Shown here piece by piece: positions 54,565 through 63,084 of a stretch of DNA of 64,000 nt (the first letter of the stretch is position 1; the number at the start of each line of letters is the position of its first letter). The notes under the pieces were generated by a model that was given only the letters and a program-made list of their open reading frames with translations, had not been told where the DNA came from and searched no databases. This DNA is from a virus: positions 15,975 through 79,974 of the IMG/VR virus record IMGVR_UViG_3300033182_000678; one strand, 5' to 3'. The translations under genes were made by a program, and so were the position numbers.

Positions 54565-54818
54565 TGTCTCTCATCTTTTCTCTCTTCCCACCACATTGAT
54601 ATAGATTTTGAAATCTTCTTTTTGTGTTGAGTAGATTTTGGTTGTTTCATCTTCTCAATAGTCTGAATAGTTAATTTTCTATCTGATTGTGCACATGATT
54701 TACATACTGAATTATTACCAACTGCTCTATCAAATGAGTCCTTTCTTGTGTAGGTTAACATCTTCCCACAATCAGGACAAGGACGATTCTTTCTATTCTT
54801 CCAACTACGCTTTCGCAT
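54537..54818 (-). CDS. Zn-finger plus NUMOD3-like DNA-binding protein (homing endonuclease remnant)
   Basis: CPDC..CKSC and KSTQHKKKISKS. Confidence 0.6.
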   Translation of the reverse strand: MRKRSWKNRKNRPCPDCGKMLTYTRKDSFDRAVGNNSVCKSCAQSDRKLTIQTIEKMKQPKSTQHKKKISKSISMWWEERKDERQWQTLNPNN

Positions 54819-54861
54819 TTCTTCTTCTCGTTTCTTGGTTTGTTGCTTTGTATATTACCAT
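54805..54861 (-). pseudogene. Remnant GIY-YIG endonuclease N-terminus (MVIYKATNQET...)
   Basis: 18-codon ORF with the M.IYK.TN start, in a different frame from the NUMOD3 ORF. Confidence 0.5.
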
Positions 54862-54900
54862 ACATATAAATATCAAAAAATGGTAAAAGAAAAGTGGGAT

Positions 54901-56472
54901 TTACGAATTAAATTTGCCTTGGGCGATTATTTCGTCATCACTTTCTAAACTATAACCGATTGACGATGTATCAACATGTAATTCAAATGTACTACCATTC
55001 TTTTGGAATATTGATAATGCATCATGTTCCATATATTGTCCATTGATAAAGAATACAAAATCATTTTCTGATGTCGCTGTTAATCCACTTGGAGCAGATG
55101 CAGTAACTGCCGAGAAACTTGCAGTTGCACTTGATATTGAGTTTGCCTTCTTTACAAAAGATTTTCTAATGTAGGTATCAAAAGTAGAGACTTCTGAACC
55201 AGCAGCAGTTATACTACTACCATTCAATATTAAACTACCAGTTATATCTACTGAACCTGTGAATCTTTGATTATCGGTTAAGGTGTCACCAAAAACATTT
55301 TCACCATTTGCAAAACTTTGAGTCATATACATAATAGATGAACTTACAATATAGTTCTCTGCAAAAATATTACCCTTTACATGCCAATCCTTATCTACTT
55401 GTGCAGTTCCATCTGCTCTCTGAGATATGGTGAATGATGTTTCACCGACATGGATTGCACTTGATGCAGAAACATCATTAAACGTAACATTAGATGTAGT
55501 ACCAACATCTTGACCAATTGATATGGTTCCAAGTGCTGCACTATCACCAGTAAAGTTAGTAACTCCTGTCATGGTTACACCAGTTCCACCTTGTAATGTT
55601 AGTGCATTGGTTAATATTGTTTTTGAGACTTTGTTGGCCTGTGATACCGTGATACTCTGAACACCTTCTTCAGGTTTAATTAAACTTGCCAACTGAACAT
55701 CTACATCGTCTTTTAATATGATTTGTTTTGGTGTTAAATATTTTTTAGTAGTGACATATTTGTTAAATGACTCTGGTATAATGTATCCATACATCTGAAC
55801 ATTAAATGTAGTTTTAATTAATCTTTCTATATCTATTTCGGTTGCATCTGAGAAACTTTCAATTGTGGTTCTGAATCTCATCTTACCAGGTTCACCCCAA
55901 TATGCACCATCTGAATAATTAATCTTTTCAACAATACGATTCATTTGTTCAATGTATGAAGTCCAAATTGTGAACTCGTATGATAGTGTTACATAGTCGG
56001 GTATCACTACATTGTATAATTCTTTATTATGAAATAATCCTTGTTGTACAGAAAATCTATCATATCTTTGTTGTTTTGAATATTTTTGTTCAAAGGTGTA
56101 GAAGTGGTTAGGATTGTTTGCATCTAACTTATCTACAGGTATATTTTCATTTTTCTCAATACCTGTCCTTTTAAATACAATCAAAGGTACGATGATTTGT
56201 CTTTTTTTGTCTCTTAGAAATCCTTGTTTCTGAATACTTACCCATCTCTCTGGTGATGCATATAAACATGGAACTTTTACGGTTTCTTTATTTTCAGTTA
56301 CAGAAGGTTGGATAACTTCATTGAAATAGTACATAATTGCACTATCCATATCCATGATACCAACTGATATATTTTTTACGGTATCTTTTGCATTAGGTGA
56401 ACTACGACTTAATTGTTCACCTCTATTAAAGCTAAGTCTCTGACTTCTTGGTATTGGTTTTTGTCTCGCCAT
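54901..56472 (-). CDS. Tail terminator/sheath stabiliser (gp15-like) with a C-terminal fibre-like extension
   Basis: VP..YASPERW and PDYV.L.YEF.IWT..EQMN.IVE; S/T-rich C-terminal half. Confidence 0.65.
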   Translation of the reverse strand: MARQKPIPRSQRLSFNRGEQLSRSSPNAKDTVKNISVGIMDMDSAIMYYFNEVIQPSVTENKETVKVPCLYASPERWVSIQKQGFLRDKKRQIIVPLIVFKRTGIEKNENIPVDKLDANNPNHFYTFEQKYSKQQRYDRFSVQQGLFHNKELYNVVIPDYVTLSYEFTIWTSYIEQMNRIVEKINYSDGAYWGEPGKMRFRTTIESFSDATEIDIERLIKTTFNVQMYGYIIPESFNKYVTTKKYLTPKQIILKDDVDVQLASLIKPEEGVQSITVSQANKVSKTILTNALTLQGGTGVTMTGVTNFTGDSAALGTISIGQDVGTTSNVTFNDVSASSAIHVGETSFTISQRADGTAQVDKDWHVKGNIFAENYIVSSSIMYMTQSFANGENVFGDTLTDNQRFTGSVDITGSLILNGSSITAAGSEVSTFDTYIRKSFVKKANSISSATASFSAVTASAPSGLTATSENDFVFFINGQYMEHDALSIFQKNGSTFELHVDTSSIGYSLESDDEIIAQGKFNS

Positions 56473-56957
56473 TATATACTTCTAAATTCTTCTATGTTTA
56501 AGGTTGGTAATCTTACTAAGTGTGCGTTTGCCACTATTGAAAAGTTTCTATTATAATCACCACCTATTAACTGATTCTCATTAAAACTATTTATTTCAAA
56601 ATATCCTTCATTCCAACTAATAATATCACCGATATCTGGTCTAAACTTTATCTCTACCAAATAATCTCTTTGAAATGCAAATGTTGCATTTTGTCTATTG
56701 TCAGGCCCGAAGTCATCTGTTTCAAAATTTAAATCTTCTGCATCTATGATACAATTCAATTTGACACCTGGTCTATATACTTTACCACTTGATGCCTCAC
56801 CATACATATTTGTGGATGTGTCTTCGGCAGACACTCTGTATACATAAACCACTTGGTCTATGATACCACATTTATCTTTTTTTGGGTCTCCAACAAGTTC
56901 ACGATTAAACCTGTCAATTATATCCATGTCTCTTTGTGGATAATATCTACTTGGCAT
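56472..56957 (-). CDS. Head completion/neck protein (gp14-like)
   Basis: N.YGE and P.IGD.I.W...YFEI. Confidence 0.65.
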   Translation of the reverse strand: MPSRYYPQRDMDIIDRFNRELVGDPKKDKCGIIDQVVYVYRVSAEDTSTNMYGEASSGKVYRPGVKLNCIIDAEDLNFETDDFGPDNRQNATFAFQRDYLVEIKFRPDIGDIISWNEGYFEINSFNENQLIGGDYNRNFSIVANAHLVRLPTLNIEEFRSI

Positions 56958-57011
56958 TATACTCGTATCCTTTTAAGTTTGTATCCATTTCGTTTAACCC
57001 ACTTCATAATT

Positions 57012-58166
57012 CTAGCCAATATATACCGGATACGGGACTTTTTTAAGTGTCTCTTGTTGGAAGTCACTTTCATCTCTCTGTGCTTCTAACAATGCCTTAC
57101 GACTTGTTTGTTCAAGTGTTTCTCTCAATTGTTCCATTAAAACTTCTTTTTCTGAAGTTGCCTCAGCTCTTAATGTATCACCATCAAGTGAAACTTCAGA
57201 ATTAGGAATAGGAATTGTACCATATTTAGAACGAATCATTCCTAATAATTCTTTTGCTAATGCATATCCATATTTACGAATCCATTGTCTACCAACATCA
57301 TTGATTTTGTTGTATTCCATGTTATCATATCTAACATTTGAGTAATCAGATACAACATCTGCCGAACCACTATAACGAGTTCTTAAAGGATTGTCTCTTT
57401 CTGATGTTAGTGAGTACTCAACCCATAGAGAACCACTTGATATAGGTGTAGGAAACACTCTCATTTGATTATTACGAATTTCAAATGAATATCCTGATTT
57501 TCTAATTTGGTCGTTAAACTCAATGGCCTGTATTCTCAATAAATCTGCATATATTGGTTGTAATACGAATGTAATTGCAGGTGACATACTTCCAAACCCA
57601 AATCCATCCAGCATATTCATTGTTCCGAATCCTGTCATTGCATATGGGTCAAAATATCTTGAAACTGCAGGTGATGATTCATAAAATACTCTTTTAACCT
57701 CAATTGATGCACCACTTTCACTTGCCTCACCAATAACATTGTTTAAATCATAGACTTGACTGCCTGAATTAACAGAAACTGCAGTTCTTTTTACTTCTAC
57801 CGTACCACCAACTCCAGCTTCTTGTCCATATTCCTCTGAAATAAAGATATTTTCACTTAAAGTTGATTTTACTCGTTTGTGTGTGAAGTTTGAACTTGTT
57901 ACTTGTCCTCTTAGGTGTAATAAATTGTCACGAATGTTAAATTGATTGACTTGTGCACTATATTCTGTGATTGCTTCCTCAAGACATGCATAAAATTGTG
58001 TATCTTGAAGTTCAACTGCAGTTATTGGGTATCCTAATCGTTTTGCACACCAACTAGCAAATTGTGGTGCCTCTGATTGGAATTCTGAATCATTATCATA
58101 AAAACCAAAAGGTGTAGAACCACTTGCTGCTGAACCACTACCTGGCCATATTGCTTCTTGAGCCAT
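57012..58166 (-). CDS. Neck protein (gp13-like)
   Basis: LG.P...VEL...Q...C.EEA and WIRKY..AL.KE.LG.IRSKY; follows the capsid gene. Confidence 0.8.
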   Translation of the reverse strand: MAQEAIWPGSGSAASGSTPFGFYDNDSEFQSEAPQFASWCAKRLGYPITAVELQDTQFYACLEEAITEYSAQVNQFNIRDNLLHLRGQVTSSNFTHKRVKSTLSENIFISEEYGQEAGVGGTVEVKRTAVSVNSGSQVYDLNNVIGEASESGASIEVKRVFYESSPAVSRYFDPYAMTGFGTMNMLDGFGFGSMSPAITFVLQPIYADLLRIQAIEFNDQIRKSGYSFEIRNNQMRVFPTPISSGSLWVEYSLTSERDNPLRTRYSGSADVVSDYSNVRYDNMEYNKINDVGRQWIRKYGYALAKELLGMIRSKYGTIPIPNSEVSLDGDTLRAEATSEKEVLMEQLRETLEQTSRKALLEAQRDESDFQQETLKKVPYPVYIG

Positions 58167-58216
58167 TGAATTTCTCCTAAAGATGTAATATTACACTAAT
58201 AAATATCAATTGCAAC

Positions 58217-58253
58217 AAAAAAGGGTAACCAAATAAATGATTACCCTATTTTT
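58217..58253 (-). terminator. Intrinsic terminator after the major capsid gene
   Basis: agggtaa/ttaccct stem followed by a U-tract on the minus strand. Confidence 0.8.
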
Positions 58254-58285
58254 GTATCAATCTAAGTTAATAATTAAATACTAAC

Positions 58286-59938
58286 TTACACATAGTTTAC
58301 ATCAGCAACTACGACCTTACCATAGAATTCGCTTCTAACGATTTTCTTAGCATATCTTGTCATCACGCCTTTTCTTGGTGTGAAGTTTTTAGGGTCGTAT
58401 ACCAATGGTGTCATGATAAGTGGTACATATGGAGCATACACAGCACCTGTTTCTAAGAAGTTACTTCCACGGAAACCAACAAGAATGTTGTTTTCTAACA
58501 TGTAAGGGTTCTTATAAACGGTGTATCTGTTGTTCAATGCACCTACTTTTTGTACACCCATTGCAAACTTGTTTGAAGTTGCATCACCATCTGTGTCTGC
58601 TGCGTATCCAGGAATTGACTCTATGATAGTTGCTGTTTCAGGTGAAACCACGATGAAGTTAGCACCACCTCTTAGAGTTTTCTGATGGATTGCGTTAGAT
58701 ACAGCTTGTATTTTGTTTCCAAGTGTTTGGAACCAAAGTCCTTTAGTGTATGCGTTAGACTCACCACTTGATTGTGAGAACAATGAAGTAGATGAATCAT
58801 ATTCATATCCAACTCTTGCTGACCATCTTTCTGTTTTTGCAGAAGCATTAGCCATCAACATGTCAAGAATTTCCAAATCAATTTCCATTGAAATGTACTC
58901 AGAAAGAAGAGCAGTTAACTCAGCTTCCGCATCAACACTATGGTACGCGTTCAAGTCTTGAGCAAGTTCTGGTGTCCAGACTGCTTTTAACTTACGAGTT
59001 TTCGCAATGATTGGTATGCTCTTTAACGCAATGTCTAATTCTGGTATATCAATATCAGTTTCAGGATTTGCGTCTATTTGAGTTCTTGTTGCCTCAAAGT
59101 CTGTTCTGTTATAGTTAGTAGAAGAAACTTTGTGGTATTTAACTACCAAATCACCAGGTGCACCGGCGGTAGATTTTCTAACCACAAAAGTTACTGTGCT
59201 AGCACTTGAACTATATTTAGTGTATGCAGGAAAGAATTCATCAAATCCTGAACCACTAATTGTGAAGGCTCTTACACCATCAGTATCAGGACTTGTAAGT
59301 GCATCAGTATGGACTGCAATTTTAATCAATCCATTATCTGCATACTGACCAGTTGATACTGAAGCAGATAAATCTGGTTCAAAATCAACATCACTCCATG
59401 CACAAGAACCACTTGTGTAAGTACCACTTGCGGCAGTTGTGCCAATAGATTGTGCAGCGGAACTCTGGTCATTGATTGAATACCCGAATTTACCTGCACC
59501 ATATAAACCGCCACTTGCGTCACCTGAACCTGATGTGTTACCATACACATCTGAGTTTTCAGTATGGTTAGCTGTTTGAGCTGTACCATATTTGAAGTCA
59601 AGATAGAAAATAAGACCAGAAGGTAAGTTCATTGGTTGAACAGAAACAAATTCCTGTGCAGCCAACTCACCAAAGATTCTACGAACTAATGGAAGTGCAA
59701 CACCACTCCACTCTTCAGAGTTTGCAGATGTACCAGTTCTTGAAGCCTCATCAATTAACTGACGAGCTTGGTTTTCAAGAAGAACTGCCATTCCATTTAC
59801 TTTATGGTCTTGGTCAAGGCCTTCTAAAAGACCTGTTGGTTCCCATTTCTTAACTAATTTACGAGTTTGTTCAAGTAGTTGTCTTTGTGGATTATATCCA
59901 TCCATTAAAGACTCTACTGATTTAAAATTGTCACTCAT
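58286..59938 (-). CDS. Major capsid protein (T4 gp23-like)
   Basis: LLENQ, VQPM..P.GLIF, TRKLKA.WT.E.AQDL.A.H, YAPYVPL and MTRY. Confidence 0.97.
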   Translation of the reverse strand: MSDNFKSVESLMDGYNPQRQLLEQTRKLVKKWEPTGLLEGLDQDHKVNGMAVLLENQARQLIDEASRTGTSANSEEWSGVALPLVRRIFGELAAQEFVSVQPMNLPSGLIFYLDFKYGTAQTANHTENSDVYGNTSGSGDASGGLYGAGKFGYSINDQSSAAQSIGTTAASGTYTSGSCAWSDVDFEPDLSASVSTGQYADNGLIKIAVHTDALTSPDTDGVRAFTISGSGFDEFFPAYTKYSSSASTVTFVVRKSTAGAPGDLVVKYHKVSSTNYNRTDFEATRTQIDANPETDIDIPELDIALKSIPIIAKTRKLKAVWTPELAQDLNAYHSVDAEAELTALLSEYISMEIDLEILDMLMANASAKTERWSARVGYEYDSSTSLFSQSSGESNAYTKGLWFQTLGNKIQAVSNAIHQKTLRGGANFIVVSPETATIIESIPGYAADTDGDATSNKFAMGVQKVGALNNRYTVYKNPYMLENNILVGFRGSNFLETGAVYAPYVPLIMTPLVYDPKNFTPRKGVMTRYAKKIVRSEFYGKVVVADVNYV

Positions 59939-59953
59939 CTTTTAGTCTCCCGA

Positions 59954-61021
59954 TTAAAGTATGTTTGCCAATTTTTTGAAACGATTCTTTAACTCTGAAC
60001 CTTCAGTCAAAACTTCATCGTTTTGTGGTTTAGTAGAAGCAACGGCTTTTGAACTTGAACCTTTAGATTCCTTAATAGGTTTTCTATTTTGGAAAGATTC
60101 AGCAAGTGTAGAGTAAACTAACTTGATTTCTCTAAGGTTTTTAGTTCTATCAAAAGTTTCAACAACTTTTAATTTTTGTTCGTTACTTAGACCAAACGCT
60201 CTGAATAGTTTGTTTGAGAATAAGAGTTTCGCATTCAACAAATTGACTTCGTTTAATTTTTCACGAAGATATTTTACAACATCTCTGTGTTCTTTCAATT
60301 CGTTTTGAAGTGTAGCAATTTCATCCACTTTATCATCTTCATCTTCTTCTTCAGAAAGAGCCTTTAATACTTCTTCTAAATCAATATCTTCCTCAACTTC
60401 AGTTTCTTCTGAAACTTCTTCTGATTCTTCTATTTCATCAACAGATTCAGTATGTTTTGCTTTTCCTACGTTTCCGATATCAGAAGATACATCGTTTTCT
60501 TCAATTTCCTCACCCTCTTCAACTGCGTCTTCTTCAGTTACTTCTTCAGATTCTTCAATTTCTTCGGATTCGTCCACTTTTTCTTCTTCATCTTCTTCTT
60601 CTTTTAATTCAGATTCCAACTCAGCTAATACAGCCTCAAGGTCAAGGTCGTCATCTTCGTCCTCATCCTCATATGAGACTTCATCATCTGCTGGTTCTTC
60701 ATCTTCACCCTCGTATGCGACTTCATCATCTACTGGCTCTTCTTCATCACCCTCTTCTTCAGAGTGCATTTCATCGTCAGCAGGTTCTTCGTCATGACCT
60801 TCACCTTCTTCATGTGAAGTTTCATCATCTGCAATGTCATCGTCTGCAACTTCATCATCTTCAGATTCTTCTTCATTAGAAAGTTCAGCTTCAATCTTAC
60901 GAGATAGCATAGATTTTAATCGTGGTGTAAATGCTTCTTCAAGTGCTATCTTTGCATTTGCAAGTGCAGTTTCACGAACAGCTTTTGCATCAGCGATAGC
61001 TTCTTTTAGTAAATCATCCAT
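59954..61021 (-). CDS. Prohead scaffold/core protein
   Basis: Very acidic; LNE.NLLNAKLL; directly upstream of the capsid gene. Confidence 0.8.
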   Translation of the reverse strand: MDDLLKEAIADAKAVRETALANAKIALEEAFTPRLKSMLSRKIEAELSNEEESEDDEVADDDIADDETSHEEGEGHDEEPADDEMHSEEEGDEEEPVDDEVAYEGEDEEPADDEVSYEDEDEDDDLDLEAVLAELESELKEEEDEEEKVDESEEIEESEEVTEEDAVEEGEEIEENDVSSDIGNVGKAKHTESVDEIEESEEVSEETEVEEDIDLEEVLKALSEEEDEDDKVDEIATLQNELKEHRDVVKYLREKLNEVNLLNAKLLFSNKLFRAFGLSNEQKLKVVETFDRTKNLREIKLVYSTLAESFQNRKPIKESKGSSSKAVASTKPQNDEVLTEGSELKNRFKKLANIL

Positions 61022-61173
61022 TTTGTAATCTCCAAGGAATTAATATAGTTATTGGGAACTATAATTGAATTAAATTGGTGACACTATATGATGTGCGAAA
61101 TGCACGATAGTGTATTTTATTTCTTAATAAATATCAAGAAAGGTAATAAAAATCACACAAAGTGTGTATTTTT

Positions 61174-61371
61174 TTAATCTTTTTCTTTTAAGGTCTTGTA
61201 GTAATTTCTCAAGATAGCTTTCTTCTTTTTCTCTCTTTTGATATCTGATGGTTTACGATAGAAACTTCTATCTTTCAACTCTAACATCATTCCACTATCT
61301 TTAACTCTTTTTTTGAAGATTTTAATTGCCTTCTCTACACTCTGACCTTTACGAATTGTAACTTTTATCAA
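61174..61371 (-). CDS. rpsU: Ribosomal protein bS21 homolog
   Basis: V..EKAIK.FKK.V...G...EL..R.FY.KPS..KR.KKKKA. Confidence 0.9.
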   Translation of the reverse strand: MIKVTIRKGQSVEKAIKIFKKRVKDSGMMLELKDRSFYRKPSDIKREKKKKAILRNYYKTLKEKD

Positions 61372-61382
61372 ATAAACCTCAC

Positions 61383-62015
61383 TTAGTCTTTTTCGTTTTT
61401 TGCTTTGTAGTTTGCATCAACATAATTAAAGAACTTTTTCTTTTCTTCGTCTGAACCCAATTCATCTGGTGATGAGATTCCAAACTTTTTCATTGCTTTT
61501 TGGAAGAATTTCTCGTATTCTCCATCCTTTTCAGATACCACACCATCTGCATCGTGTGTCTCAACTTCAGGTATATCATAATAACGATTCAAAATGTTAC
61601 CCATATCTTCATATAATGTTGCGAGTCTTTCACGAACAGCCTGTGCTTCACTTGAAATCTTTCCAAATTGTTTTGAAAAGTTTGTTAATTCTTTCATGTT
61701 ACGATTTACCGTAACTTTATCAAACCAATCTTCAGTTTCACTTAAAGTATGGTTTTTAGTTAATTGTGCAATTTGAGATAATTTTTCTGCAGTCTCTCTT
61801 AAATCATCTTTCATATATAGTGATTTACCAATTTCATTGTATTGAGAAAGTGCTTCCATTACTTGTTTTGCATCAACTCTTTCTTCCTCTACTTCACCAT
61901 ATTTTTCTTCAACGATTGAAGTAAGAGAAATCCCATCTCTATTGATAGATGGTGTTGAAACCATTCCACCAACGAGTGAAAAATTTTCTTCTATTAAGTC
62001 TTTTAATTTTGCCAT
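61383..62015 (-). CDS. Hypothetical head-associated protein
   Basis: MAKLKDLIEE N-terminus; C-terminal Y..FF...MKKFG..SP..L..EEKKKFF..VD. Confidence 0.65.
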   Translation of the reverse strand: MAKLKDLIEENFSLVGGMVSTPSINRDGISLTSIVEEKYGEVEEERVDAKQVMEALSQYNEIGKSLYMKDDLRETAEKLSQIAQLTKNHTLSETEDWFDKVTVNRNMKELTNFSKQFGKISSEAQAVRERLATLYEDMGNILNRYYDIPEVETHDADGVVSEKDGEYEKFFQKAMKKFGISSPDELGSDEEKKKFFNYVDANYKAKNEKD

Positions 62016-62046
62016 TTTGAATCTCCTTATTCCCTAATAAATATCA

Positions 62047-62472
62047 TTATCTTCTCTTTTTTCCATCAAGATAACTACGAAATCTTTTTTCTACTTTTGT
62101 CCATAATACACCCAACATATCTCTAACACCCATACTGGTATCACCTGCTGGACCTGTTTTAATACCACGAATTAAATCCATAGCATCATACTTACCACTT
62201 TTCACACCATCCATCATCATTTTGATAGATTGTTGAGATGCCTTGTTGAAAAACTTACCCATTTCTTTTATATCTTTTTCAACAAACTTTTTTGCTTCAG
62301 ATGTTGAATATCCCATTGTAGGAATATTTTTAATACCACCACCTGACATTGAACCAGGAACATAACTCTCATCTCCCTCTAATAGTTCAAACAACTCAAT
62401 TAAGTCGTCAGGATTTTCGTATAAACGATAGTCTTTCCACTTCGCCCACATTCTTGGTGTCATACTACTCAT
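62047..62472 (-). CDS. Hypothetical protein
   Basis: 141-aa ORF coupled to its neighbours. Confidence 0.6.
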   Translation of the reverse strand: MSSMTPRMWAKWKDYRLYENPDDLIELFELLEGDESYVPGSMSGGGIKNIPTMGYSTSEAKKFVEKDIKEMGKFFNKASQQSIKMMMDGVKSGKYDAMDLIRGIKTGPAGDTSMGVRDMLGVLWTKVEKRFRSYLDGKKRR

Positions 62473-62762
62473 TAAAACGCTCCATATACATCTTCAAAAT
62501 TACTAAATTGTCTTTTCGCTTTATCAAATAATTCTTTATCTAATCTAGCTCTCGCATGTATTAAATCAGTTATATCTCTAAAATAATCATGTAATTTATC
62601 AATATGGTCATACATTTCTACTAATTTTTTATGACCGATTAACTTTGCAAGATATCTTCTGGCTGCGGTATGTGCGTTTCTATCGGTTAGTTTCGCAAGT
62701 TTATCAATGTCTACTTGTTTAACTTCTTTCTTTTCTTGTAATATGTTTTTTAATTTAATCAT
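62472..62762 (-). CDS. Small protein with MIKLKNILQE tag
   Basis: Shared N-terminal motif. Confidence 0.6.
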   Translation of the reverse strand: MIKLKNILQEKKEVKQVDIDKLAKLTDRNAHTAARRYLAKLIGHKKLVEMYDHIDKLHDYFRDITDLIHARARLDKELFDKAKRQFSNFEDVYGAF

Positions 62763-63079
62763 TATTTTCTATCTAAAATTTCTTTCATTTGGAATGCCTT
62801 CAATATAATGTATTGAATATTATCAAGTGTTAATTTATCATTTTGTGTTCTAACACTTTTTTTCAAATCTTTTATACCGAACTCTAAGTGTCTCATTTGT
62901 CCATTTATTTCTGAATAAGCTCCTCTTGAGATTGGTTTGTTTTTTAAATCATCTCTGAAATAAAGTTCAACTTTTTTTTCAGTTATCACTTCCTCATTCA
63001 CTTGTTCTTTGGTGGAACAACACCCACCACCACAATGACACTCTTCTTCTTTTAATATATCTGTTAATTTAATCATCAT
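62762..63079 (-). CDS. Small protein with MIKLTDILKE tag
   Basis: Shared N-terminal motif; CHCGGGCC. Confidence 0.6.
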   Translation of the reverse strand: MMIKLTDILKEEECHCGGGCCSTKEQVNEEVITEKKVELYFRDDLKNKPISRGAYSEINGQMRHLEFGIKDLKKSVRTQNDKLTLDNIQYIILKAFQMKEILDRK

Positions 63080-63084
63080 TATTC

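Noticed and set aside
60320-60880. Low-complexity acidic repeats in the scaffold gene
   Set aside because: Expected for prohead scaffold proteins
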